Source: an uncultured Desulfobacterales bacterium
Lineage (GTDB): Bacteria > Myxococcota_A > UBA9160 > JAFDET01
Assembly: GCA_964194905.1 (NCBI GenBank)
Contig: CAXMOD010000074.1
Coordinates: forward strand, 3,940-67,939
DNA length: 64,000 nucleotides
Direction: 5' to 3'
Part shown: positions 44,081-51,698 of the stretch, piece after piece
Layout of the letters: every line of letters starts with the position of its first letter
Numbering within the stretch: position 1 is the stretch's first letter
Program-made: the position numbers and the translations under genes
The notes under the pieces: generated by a model
Seen by the model: the letters and a program-made list of their open reading frames with translations, nothing else
What the model was told of the DNA's origin: nothing
The model's database searches: none

Positions 44081-45325
44081 CTAGCGGACCGCGACAGGGC
44101 AGCGGCCGCCGCGCAACCCGGCGAGCGCGGAGGCGATGGCGGCGACGTCGGCAGGATCGACCCGCGCTGTGCGCACCGCATCCACGGCGGCGGAGCGGGT
44201 GGCGTCGCAGCCGAGCTCCGCGGGTAGCATCACCACGAGCCGCGCGATCTTTTCGCCAATGCGCAAGAGCGCCGGGCGCAGGTCGCGGTCCAGATCCCAG
44301 ATGGCGCCCGCGAAGAGCCCCGGAGCCACGCGCACCGTGCGCTGTACGGCTTTGGCCGCCTCGATCTGGGCGCGCGCGAAAGCGCGAACCGCCTCCGGTT
44401 CGGGGGGCGCGACGCCCGACGCGGCAGCCGCCGCGGCGACGGCCACGACGGTGGCGTCGAGCACGCGCGCTTCGCGCTCGGGCACCTCGATCGGGAGCCC
44501 GCGCGCGCGCTTCGTCTCTGCCACCAGCTCCATCAGCGAGAGCCGTTCGTCCACGGCCGCGAGGAGCGCTGCCAGGGGTTCGGCGGTGGCGCCCTCGGGC
44601 AGCCCGTGCGCAGAGCGCCAGCGCGCCAGGCTGCCGTCGGCCTCCCTCGCGAGGAGGAAGCGGTCCAGTGCCGCCGCCAGGTCCGGCCGGTCGGACCGCA
44701 CCAGCCAGGCCTTGCGGTCGCGGGTGAAGGGACCGAGCGTGCGCAGGCGCAGGCCGCGGCTCCAGTGGGGAGCCTCCACGGTGTCGGTGATGGCCGCATC
44801 GGCGCGCCCCTCGAGAAGCGCCGTGCGTACCGCGGCGTTCGGTGTGAGGGCCCGGATGCTCGCGCGGGGGAAGCGCGCGCGCGCCACCCGCTCCAGGTGC
44901 CCGCCCTGGTTGACGGCGATGCGCACCGTCGCGGCGTCGAGTTCGTCGAGCCGGCGCCACGAGGCCGCCTCGTGGACGAGGGCCACCGCCCCGGTCTCCA
45001 CCAGGGGTACGCTGGTGCGGGCCGCCACCGAGCGCTCGGGGCGCACGGTGATCCCGCTCGCCGCTGCCTCGAACTCGCCAGCGACGAGGTCCTCCAGCAG
45101 ACCGGGCCAGCGGAACGGCACCCAGAGGATCTCGCGGCCCCGCTCGGCGGCGAAGGCGCTCGCCACGCTCGGGGCGAAGCCCTCGGTGCCGTCCGGGCCC
45201 GCCAGGCTGAACGGAGCGTAGTCTCCGCTGGTGCCCAGCCTGAGCTCCCCGTCGGCGGGCTCCTGGGCGGCTGCGGGCCCCGTCGAGGCCAGCAGCAGGG
45301 CCAGCGCGGCGGCCAAAAGCCCCAC
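44081..45325 (-). CDS. Secreted fusion: family-3 solute-binding/cyclohexadienyl-dehydratase-like domain plus AroQ-type chorismate mutase domain
   Basis: The last 414 codons of track ORF 44081..47224. The GTG at 45325 gives the signal peptide GLLAAALALLLASTGPAAAQ. N-terminal PBP type-2 fold (LRLGTSGDYAPFS..). The C-terminal segment DERLSLMELVAETKRARGLPIEVPEREARVLD is typical of CM type 2. Confidence 0.7.
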   Translation of the reverse strand: MGLLAAALALLLASTGPAAAQEPADGELRLGTSGDYAPFSLAGPDGTEGFAPSVASAFAAERGREILWVPFRWPGLLEDLVAGEFEAAASGITVRPERSVAARTSVPLVETGAVALVHEAASWRRLDELDAATVRIAVNQGGHLERVARARFPRASIRALTPNAAVRTALLEGRADAAITDTVEAPHWSRGLRLRTLGPFTRDRKAWLVRSDRPDLAAALDRFLLAREADGSLARWRSAHGLPEGATAEPLAALLAAVDERLSLMELVAETKRARGLPIEVPEREARVLDATVVAVAAAAAASGVAPPEPEAVRAFARAQIEAAKAVQRTVRVAPGLFAGAIWDLDRDLRPALLRIGEKIARLVVMLPAELGCDATRSAAVDAVRTARVDPADVAAIASALAGLRGGRCPVAVR

Positions 45326-45344
45326 TATCCCGGTAGGTTGTAGG

Positions 45345-45372
45345 TTGAAGACCGGAATCCGCCTGCTATACT
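45345..45372 (+). promoter_or_regulatory. Sigma70-type promoter candidate for the cold-shock-domain gene (TTGAAG-N16-TATACT)
   Basis: TTGAAG at 45345-45350 and TATACT at 45367-45372. Preceded by a tandem TAGGTTG TAGGTTG (45334-45347). Would give a ~50-nt leader containing a GCCCC-ACGCGC-GGGGC hairpin. Confidence 0.5.
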
Positions 45373-45430
45373 GCGCGGCTCGCTGGCCCCCACGCGCGGG
45401 GCCGCGTTTCCTTCCCCGAGGGCCACCACC

Positions 45431-45895
45431 ATGCTCACTCTCGACGAGCTCGAACCGGGCCTGGCCGTCACCCACAAGAACACGGGCTTCCGTTACAAGC
45501 TGGGCGACGTTGGGGACGACGAGGTGCTGCTCACCCCGGACGACGGAAACCTGCAGGACCTGCTGGTTCCGATCGACCTCTTCCGGGCCGAGTTCGTGGC
45601 CAGCGATCGCTACAGCGCCCGCCGGGGTCGCGGTGGGGGCCGCCGGCGCAGCCCCCAGGCCGCGCCGACCGGGCCCAAGGTGCGCGGGCGCATCAAGAAG
45701 ATGGTGCGAGACCGCGGCTTCGGGTTCATCCGCGGCGACGACGGCAAGGAGGTCTTCTTCCACCGTTCCGGTCTCGGCGGCGCCGACTACGACGCTCTCG
45801 GCGAGGGCGACGTGGTCGAGTACAACGTGCAGGAGAGCCCGCGCGGGCCGCGTGCCGAGAACGTCCGCGGCGTGACGGACGTCGCCACCGCCTAG
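45431..45895 (+). CDS. Cold-shock-domain protein with an extra N-terminal domain and an Arg/Gly-rich linker
   Basis: 154 aa. C-terminal CSD GRIKKMVRDRGFGFIRGDDGKEVFFHRSGL..GDVVEYNV (RNP1-like GFGFI, RNP2-like VFFH). Linker RRGRGGGRRR. The ~65-aa N-terminal domain is unassigned. Confidence 0.85.
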   Translation: MLTLDELEPGLAVTHKNTGFRYKLGDVGDDEVLLTPDDGNLQDLLVPIDLFRAEFVASDRYSARRGRGGGRRRSPQAAPTGPKVRGRIKKMVRDRGFGFIRGDDGKEVFFHRSGLGGADYDALGEGDVVEYNVQESPRGPRAENVRGVTDVATA

Positions 45896-47535
45896 TCCGA
45901 ACCCTGGTAGCGGTGCACGATCGGCAGGCGCCGCCCCGACCCGAACGCCTTCGGTGACACGCGCAGTACCAGCGGCGCCTGGCGGCGCTTGTACTCGTTG
46001 CGGTGCAGCCGTGACACGATCTGACGCACCACCTCGGGCGGTGCACCCTCGGGCGGGCGGATGTGCGCGGCGTCGAGACTCCCCTCGATGGCTTGCTCCA
46101 GCACCGCATCGAGGATCGGGTAGGGCGGCAGGTCGTCCGTGTCCTTCTGGTCCGGCGCCAGCTCCGCCGAAGGTGGCTTGTCGATGGCGCTTTCGGGAAT
46201 GCGTTCGCCGGCTCGGTTGGCGTGGCGCGCGAGCGCGTACACGTCGCGCTTGTATACGTCGCCCAGCACCGCTACGCCGCCGACCGTGTCGCCGTACAGT
46301 GTGCAGTAACCCACCGAGAGCTCGCTCTTGTTGCCGGTGGCCAGCACCAGGCGTCCCTCGGCGTTGGAGACCGCCATCAGGATGGCGCCGCGGATGCGCG
46401 ACTGGATGTTCTGCTGGGTGAGGCCGTAGTCGTCCTTTTTCCCGAAGAGCGCGGCGAACGCACCGCGGTACGCCTCGTAGATGGGCTGGATGTCCACGGT
46501 GCGCGATTCGATGCCGAGCCTGCCGGCCAGCGCTTCGGCGTCGCGAACGCTGTGGTCCGACGAGAACGGGCCGGGCATCAGCACGCCGAGCACCCGGTCG
46601 GGGCCCAGGGCCTCCACCGCGAGGTGCGCGGTGACCGCCGAGTCGATGCCCCCGGACAGCCCGATCACGGCGCCCGGCGGGAGCCCCTGCTTGCGGAAGT
46701 AGTCGCGGATGCCCAGCACGAGCCCGGCTTCGAGCTGGGCGACCAGCGGCGGGTCCTCCACCTCGTCGGCGCCGCAGTCGAGGCCCGGCGCGTCGAGATC
46801 TACGACCTCGAGCGCAGACTCGAACAGCGGAAGTGCTGCCAGCACGCGCCCACGTGCGTCCACCGCGAACGACGCGCCGTCGAAGATCAGCTCGTCGTTG
46901 CCGCCCACCTGATTGCAGAACACGATCGGCACGCCGTGGCGCTGCGCCAGTGCAGCGACCATGCGCCGGCGTTCCGCGGACTTGCCCGCGTGGAAGGGCG
47001 ACGCGGAGAGGTTCAGCACCGCCTGCGCGCCCGCGGCGGCCAGGTCGGCGGTGGGGTCGACGCCGTACGGGATTTCGTCGCTCCAGGCGTCCTCGCAGAT
47101 CGTGAGGCCGAGCCGGGTGTCCCCCCAGGCCACCGGCTCGCGCGCCGTCGCGGGCGCGAAGTAGCGGTTCTCGTCGAAGACGTCGTAGGCGGGGAGCAGG
47201 CTCTTGGCGCGCTCGGCTACGCACGCGCCGTCGGCGAGCAGCACGGCCGCGTTGCGCCAGTGCTTGTGTCCGCGCTCGGCGGGAAGCACGGCTCCCACAG
47301 CAATGGCAATCCTGCGGCTGGCGGCGGCCAGGGTTTCGAGCTCCGCCAGCTGGTCGCGCACGAAGCCCTCGCGCTCCAGAAGGTCCATCGGCGGGTATCC
47401 CGTGAGTGCGAGCTCCGAGGCCAGCAGCAGGTCTGCGCCCGCCGCCGCGGCCTTCGTGGCGGCCTCCTCCACCAGGCGCCGGTTGCCCGCCAGGTCGCCC
47501 ACCGTCGGGTTGAGCTGGGCGATGGCCACGCGCAT
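45892..47535 (-). CDS. nadE: Glutamine-dependent NAD+ synthetase (nitrilase-like domain + NAD synthetase domain)
   Basis: The last 547 codons of track ORF 45892..48234, starting at MRVAIAQLNP. CN-hydrolase region LGLTICEDAW. ATP-PPase P-loop GLSGGIDSAV. Confidence 0.92.
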   Translation of the reverse strand: MRVAIAQLNPTVGDLAGNRRLVEEAATKAAAAGADLLLASELALTGYPPMDLLEREGFVRDQLAELETLAAASRRIAIAVGAVLPAERGHKHWRNAAVLLADGACVAERAKSLLPAYDVFDENRYFAPATAREPVAWGDTRLGLTICEDAWSDEIPYGVDPTADLAAAGAQAVLNLSASPFHAGKSAERRRMVAALAQRHGVPIVFCNQVGGNDELIFDGASFAVDARGRVLAALPLFESALEVVDLDAPGLDCGADEVEDPPLVAQLEAGLVLGIRDYFRKQGLPPGAVIGLSGGIDSAVTAHLAVEALGPDRVLGVLMPGPFSSDHSVRDAEALAGRLGIESRTVDIQPIYEAYRGAFAALFGKKDDYGLTQQNIQSRIRGAILMAVSNAEGRLVLATGNKSELSVGYCTLYGDTVGGVAVLGDVYKRDVYALARHANRAGERIPESAIDKPPSAELAPDQKDTDDLPPYPILDAVLEQAIEGSLDAAHIRPPEGAPPEVVRQIVSRLHRNEYKRRQAPLVLRVSPKAFGSGRRLPIVHRYQGSD

Positions 47536-47540
47536 GGGAG

Positions 47541-48032
47541 TCAGGCCAGCTCTTCGCGCGTGTCCGTGCGCGTGTAGACGAGGCCGACGTCCGCGGTGAG
47601 GGCGGGCTTGGCGGAGCCCTCCACCTCGATCGCGAGCTTGATCACGGCGCGGAGGGCGCCACCGGGCATCTCGCGGGCGCGGCTGATCTCGCAGCGCAGG
47701 CGCACGCGCGAGCCCGCCGGCACCGGTGCGGAGAGCTTCAATCGGCTGAGGCCCGTGTTCAGGATCGTGGAGCTCCCCTCGACCCGCAGAATCTGGGTGA
47801 GCAGGGTCGGTGCGAGTGCGAGCGTCAGATAGCCGTGGGCAACCGGTCCGCCGAAGGGCGACTCGCGCCGCGCCCGCTCCGGGTCCGTGTGGATCCACTG
47901 GTGGTCGTCGGTGGCGTCGGCGAACAGGTTGATCCGCTCCTGGGTCACCTCGACCCAGTCGGAGGGACCCAGGGGCTTGCCGAGAAAGTCCTTGACGGCC
48001 TCGATACCCGGGATGACGGTGGGGACGGCCAC
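47541..48032 (-). CDS. MaoC-like (R)-specific enoyl-CoA hydratase/dehydratase
   Basis: 163 aa. Hot-dog-fold motif FADATDDHQWIHTDPERA..GPVAHGY. Lies 5 nt upstream of nadE. Confidence 0.88.
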   Translation of the reverse strand: MAVPTVIPGIEAVKDFLGKPLGPSDWVEVTQERINLFADATDDHQWIHTDPERARRESPFGGPVAHGYLTLALAPTLLTQILRVEGSSTILNTGLSRLKLSAPVPAGSRVRLRCEISRAREMPGGALRAVIKLAIEVEGSAKPALTADVGLVYTRTDTREELA

Positions 48033-48053
48033 GGGCGGATGGTAGGAAGCCGG

Positions 48054-48572
48054 CTAGGCGCGTTCCACCCCGACGAGTTCGAACCAGCGCCGGGTTTCGG
48101 TTTGTCGTCGCACCACCGCAGCGCGCTCGAAGCGCAGTGGGAAGCGGCCGCCGCGTCGCGTGACCAGATAGCCCTGGTCGCTTTCCACGACGTCGGACAC
48201 GTCGTCCACGGTCTCGACGCCGGACTCGGTCCACGCAGTGAAGCGCACGCGACTGCGGGGCTTCACCTCCAGCGCGAAGTCGCGGCCCAGCGCGCGTTCG
48301 AGCAGGCCCAGCGCCTCTTCCACCCGGCCCGCCAGCGCGAAGGACTCGCGCGGCGCGGCGATGCGCGCGGCGCGCAGGATGCGCAGCACCTTGCCGATGC
48401 CCTGCACCACGGGCACGGTGAGCTCGGGTCCCAGCTGGGCAAAATCGTCGATGCGGTCCGCCCCGAAACGCGGGCTCGCCACGCGGAAGCCGAGCTCCAC
48501 CCCCAACCGCTCATCCTCGGCCACCGGCGCCACGTGATCGAAGCGGGCCACGACGCGGCGCGGAGGGGGCAT
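48054..48572 (-). CDS. Hypothetical protein
   Basis: 172 aa from the ATG at 48572 within track ORF 48054..48635. High GC3. No motif recognised. Confidence 0.6.
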   Translation of the reverse strand: MPPPRRVVARFDHVAPVAEDERLGVELGFRVASPRFGADRIDDFAQLGPELTVPVVQGIGKVLRILRAARIAAPRESFALAGRVEEALGLLERALGRDFALEVKPRSRVRFTAWTESGVETVDDVSDVVESDQGYLVTRRGGRFPLRFERAAVVRRQTETRRWFELVGVERA

Positions 48573-48580
48573 CGTGTGAG

Positions 48581-48586
48581 TATAAT
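48581..48586 (+). promoter_or_regulatory. Consensus TATAAT -10 element upstream of the AKR/Fe-S gene
   Basis: TATAAT at 48581-48586, then GGTAGGAGGG SD and the ATG at 48622. I found no convincing -35 element. Confidence 0.35.
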
Positions 48587-48621
48587 GGGCCCTTCTCGTC
48601 AGGGTAGGAGGGCTTCCGCCC

Positions 48622-50190
48622 ATGTCCACGCGCAACGTCGTTCTCGTGTGTCTGGCAGTCGCAGTCGGCGTCGGCTTCCTGTTCAGCGGACCGCTCCTCT
48701 ACTACTCGTTCGTGGGCCTCGATCCGAGCGGCTTCCCGATGGGCCAGGCGATCCAGTCCGCCTCCAACGAGGTGATGAGCTGGTTCGGCCGCGGTCCCTT
48801 CCCGAACGCCGTATCCGGTCTGGTGCTCGGGCTCGGCGTGCTGCTCGTGCTGGCAGACGCCTCCTTCATGGCCGTGTGGCTGGCGGCGCGGCGCAAGACC
48901 GATCCTGCGCGACGCAGCTTCCTCACCGGCGCCGCGGCTGGCGCTGGCGCCGGCTTCGGGGCGCTGCTGCTGGGCCTGGCCGGTGCCTTCGGACGCGCCA
49001 CCACCGGCGCCGCCATGGGCGGCAAGGGCTGGGCCACGGTTACGGGTCCCGCGCTTCGCCCCGAAGTGCCGATGACCCACCCCGAATGGAAGGACGCCTG
49101 GAAGGGCGCCACGGTGCAGCGCTACCGGCGCCTGGGCCGCACGGAGGCCAGCGTCTCCGACATCTGCGTCGGTGCCGGACCCATCTCGGGAGACAAGGGT
49201 GAGCGCATCGTGCGCGAGGCGATCGAGCGCGGCGTCACCTACATCGACACGGCGCCGGACTACTCCGCCAACGGCAGCGAAGAGGCCATCGGCAAGGCCA
49301 TCTCCGGCCGCCGTGACGATCTCTTCCTGGCCACGAAGTTCTGCACCCACGTCGGCCACCTGCCCGCGGGCACGCCGGTGCGCGACTACATGGCGGCCGT
49401 GGAGTCGAGCCTGCAGCGCCTGGGCACCGACCGCGTGGATCTGGTGCACATCCACTCGTGCGACTCGGTAGAGCGGCTGATGGATCCCAACGTCCACGAG
49501 GCCTTCGATCGCCTGAAGGATCAGGGCAAGGCGCGCTTCCTCGGCTTCTCCAGCCACACGCCGCGTCTCGAGGAGGTCGCGAACGCGGCCGTCGACTCGG
49601 GTCGTTTCGACGTGATGATGCTCGCCTACCACTACGGTGCCTGGCCGCAGCTCGGCGACATCATCGCCCGCGCCCACAGCGAGCAGGACATGGGCGTGGT
49701 GGCGATGAAGACGCTGAAGGGCGCCAAGCATCGGGGGTTGGAGGACTTCCAGGCGTACGCCGACGCCTACAGCCAGGCGGCCTTCAAGTGGGTTCTCTCG
49801 CGCGACGACGTCTCGTGCCTGGTGGTCTCGTTCCGCGAGTACCAGCACGTGGACGAGTACCTGCACGCGTCGGGCAAGTCGTTCAAGCAGCAGGACCTGG
49901 CAGTGCTGCGTGAGTACGACCGGCGCATCGCGGGCACGTACTGCGCGCCTCACTGCGGCGCCTGCCTCGACGCGTGTCCGGAGCAGCTGCCCATCAACGA
50001 CGTGCTTCGCTACCGGATGTACTCCGAGGACTACGGCTTCGAGAAGGAGGGCATGCAGCGCTACGCGGCCCTCGGCAAGAACGCCTCGGTTTGCGCCACA
50101 TGCAGCGCGCCTTGCACCGGAAGCTGCCCGCTGAGCCTGCCGATCCAGGAGCGCATGACGGGCGCCCACCGGATCCTCTCGCTGGTCTAG
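48622..50190 (+). CDS. Aldo/keto reductase with N-terminal TM helices, an internal twin-arginine motif and a C-terminal Cys-rich (4Fe-4S-type) domain
   Basis: 522 aa. Two N-terminal hydrophobic helices, then RRKTDPARRSFLTGAAAGAGAG. AKR core (GVTYIDTAPDYS..SEEAIGKA..FLATK). C-terminal CAPHCGACLDACP ... CATCSAPCTGSCP. Confidence 0.85.
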   Translation: MSTRNVVLVCLAVAVGVGFLFSGPLLYYSFVGLDPSGFPMGQAIQSASNEVMSWFGRGPFPNAVSGLVLGLGVLLVLADASFMAVWLAARRKTDPARRSFLTGAAAGAGAGFGALLLGLAGAFGRATTGAAMGGKGWATVTGPALRPEVPMTHPEWKDAWKGATVQRYRRLGRTEASVSDICVGAGPISGDKGERIVREAIERGVTYIDTAPDYSANGSEEAIGKAISGRRDDLFLATKFCTHVGHLPAGTPVRDYMAAVESSLQRLGTDRVDLVHIHSCDSVERLMDPNVHEAFDRLKDQGKARFLGFSSHTPRLEEVANAAVDSGRFDVMMLAYHYGAWPQLGDIIARAHSEQDMGVVAMKTLKGAKHRGLEDFQAYADAYSQAAFKWVLSRDDVSCLVVSFREYQHVDEYLHASGKSFKQQDLAVLREYDRRIAGTYCAPHCGACLDACPEQLPINDVLRYRMYSEDYGFEKEGMQRYAALGKNASVCATCSAPCTGSCPLSLPIQERMTGAHRILSLV

Positions 50191-50198
50191 GAGCCGCC

Positions 50199-51698
50199 AT
50201 GCTTCGCTTGCTCGCCCTGTCCATCGCGCTCTTGCTGGCGGCGCCGGCCGTCGCCGGGCCGTGGGACGTTCCGCCGGAGGGTTCGTGCGCTCCCGCCGGC
50301 GGGTTGCTCGGCTGGCCGTTGGGTGAGGACGCACCGCCGGTGCCGTTCGTGCCCGGCGACGTGATCGACCACGAGAAGGCGGCGCTTCTCAAGAACTACC
50401 TGCCCACGGAGATCTGGAACCACCGCGACAAGTTCTTCTACGAGGGCATGCGTCTCGAGATCGGCGCCTGTTTCCGCGACTACTCGGCGCCTGCCTTCTA
50501 CCGGGAAGCCACCGAGAAGTTCCGCGGCCAGCCGCAGGTGACCGAGGGCGGAGGCCTCGAGAACTACACGGCCGGTCGTCCCTTCCCGCTCGACGCACTG
50601 TCGCCCGACGACCCCCAGGCCGGCCACAAGTGGGCCTACGACATCGAGTTCCGCTACCAGGCGGCGGGCTTCGGCGGGCCGTTCCGCATCATGGACATGG
50701 TGGGGCGCACCCACCGCGGCGAGCCGTTCGAAGGCGAGATCTTCAAGTGGCAGCTCGCCTTCCGCGCCGACCAGGCCGAGAAGGACTTCAAGGCCAAGGG
50801 CGCCAAGAACTACCACTGGGTTGCCGGCGGTCTGTTCTTCATGCCCTTTGCGGCGCGCGAGTTCGCGTGGCGCCAGTATCGCGACGTCGAGATGCTGGTG
50901 AACGAAAAGCGCACCGACGAGCTGCAGGCCTACCTGCCGGACATGCGGCGCGTGCGACGCCTCTCCGCGGTCGGCTCCGAGGGGCTGTTCCTTCCGGCCT
51001 TCAGCGTGGGGGTGGCGCCGGCCACGACCCTCGCCTTCGTCGGCGGCGGCTCGTCGGCGGCGGGGGCGGCGGGCGGCATGGCTGCGGGCGCGATGGCCGG
51101 TGGAGGGGTGGGCGCCCTCGGCGCCGTCGGTGGGGTGGCCGACGCGATCAAACCGAAGCGCAACGGGTTCGAAGGCCTCGAGCTGCGTCCCATGCTCTAC
51201 ACCTACAAGGTGCTGGGCCTCCAGGACGTGATCACTCCCATCAACGCGAAGGAACCCTCGTATCCGGAGGCCAAGGATCGCGGCTTCGGAAGCTGGGGTC
51301 TCTCGTTCGCGAGCGACCGCTGGGACCTGCGTCGGGCGGTGGTGCTGGAGGCCACGACCAAGAAGGTGGAGAGCGACTCCGACGCGGCGCGCATCTTCCA
51401 CTACGTGGACGTGCAGACCGCCCAGCCGCTCTTCTACGTGTCCTGGGACCGGCGCGGCGAACTCATCGACGTGGGGATGTACGTGGGGCGCTGGAGCGAG
51501 GACCGCGAGAGCTACGGGCCGTGGCCGGACGATCCCGAGCGGCCGGTGCGCGTGATCGACTCCGTGGGTGCCACCTTCGCCAACGTGCGCGAAGACGGGG
51601 GGTGGCGTCGCGAGAACTGGACCGTGGTCTCCACACCGCCGAACGACAAGGAGCTGCGCCGGACGACCTCGGTGGGGCAGCTCACCAAGCGGCGCTAG
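50199..51698 (+). CDS. DUF1329-like secreted protein (LolA-like outer-membrane lipoprotein-sorting fold family)
   Basis: The ATG at 50199 lies 8 nt after the AKR stop, with an AGGAG SD. Signal peptide MLRLLALSIALLLAAPAVAG. Family-like segment YTAGRPFP...GHKWAYDIEFRY. Contains an internal Gly/Ala-rich insertion. Confidence 0.6.
   Translation: MLRLLALSIALLLAAPAVAGPWDVPPEGSCAPAGGLLGWPLGEDAPPVPFVPGDVIDHEKAALLKNYLPTEIWNHRDKFFYEGMRLEIGACFRDYSAPAFYREATEKFRGQPQVTEGGGLENYTAGRPFPLDALSPDDPQAGHKWAYDIEFRYQAAGFGGPFRIMDMVGRTHRGEPFEGEIFKWQLAFRADQAEKDFKAKGAKNYHWVAGGLFFMPFAAREFAWRQYRDVEMLVNEKRTDELQAYLPDMRRVRRLSAVGSEGLFLPAFSVGVAPATTLAFVGGGSSAAGAAGGMAAGAMAGGGVGALGAVGGVADAIKPKRNGFEGLELRPMLYTYKVLGLQDVITPINAKEPSYPEAKDRGFGSWGLSFASDRWDLRRAVVLEATTKKVESDSDAARIFHYVDVQTAQPLFYVSWDRRGELIDVGMYVGRWSEDRESYGPWPDDPERPVRVIDSVGATFANVREDGGWRRENWTVVSTPPNDKELRRTTSVGQLTKRR

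Noticed and set aside
44081-47224. 1047-aa minus-strand ORF spanning the PheC-CM, CSD and nadE regions
   Set aside because: It is a composite. Only the last 414 codons, from the GTG at 45325 with a signal peptide, make a coherent protein. Upstream it runs antisense to the CSD gene and out of frame with nadE.
48622-48867. Alternative that the AKR gene really starts at the internal Met (48868), giving a normal N-terminal Tat signal
   Set aside because: Codons 48622-48867 show full coding-type GC3 bias and encode two clean TM helices. The upstream ATG has a strong SD and a TATAAT box. I kept the long form and flagged it as a finding.
51036-51146. GC-rich repetitive stretch considered as a tandem or CRISPR-like repeat
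   Set aside because: It is in frame within a confident CDS and simply encodes a Gly/Ala-rich linker. There is no repeat-spacer periodicity.
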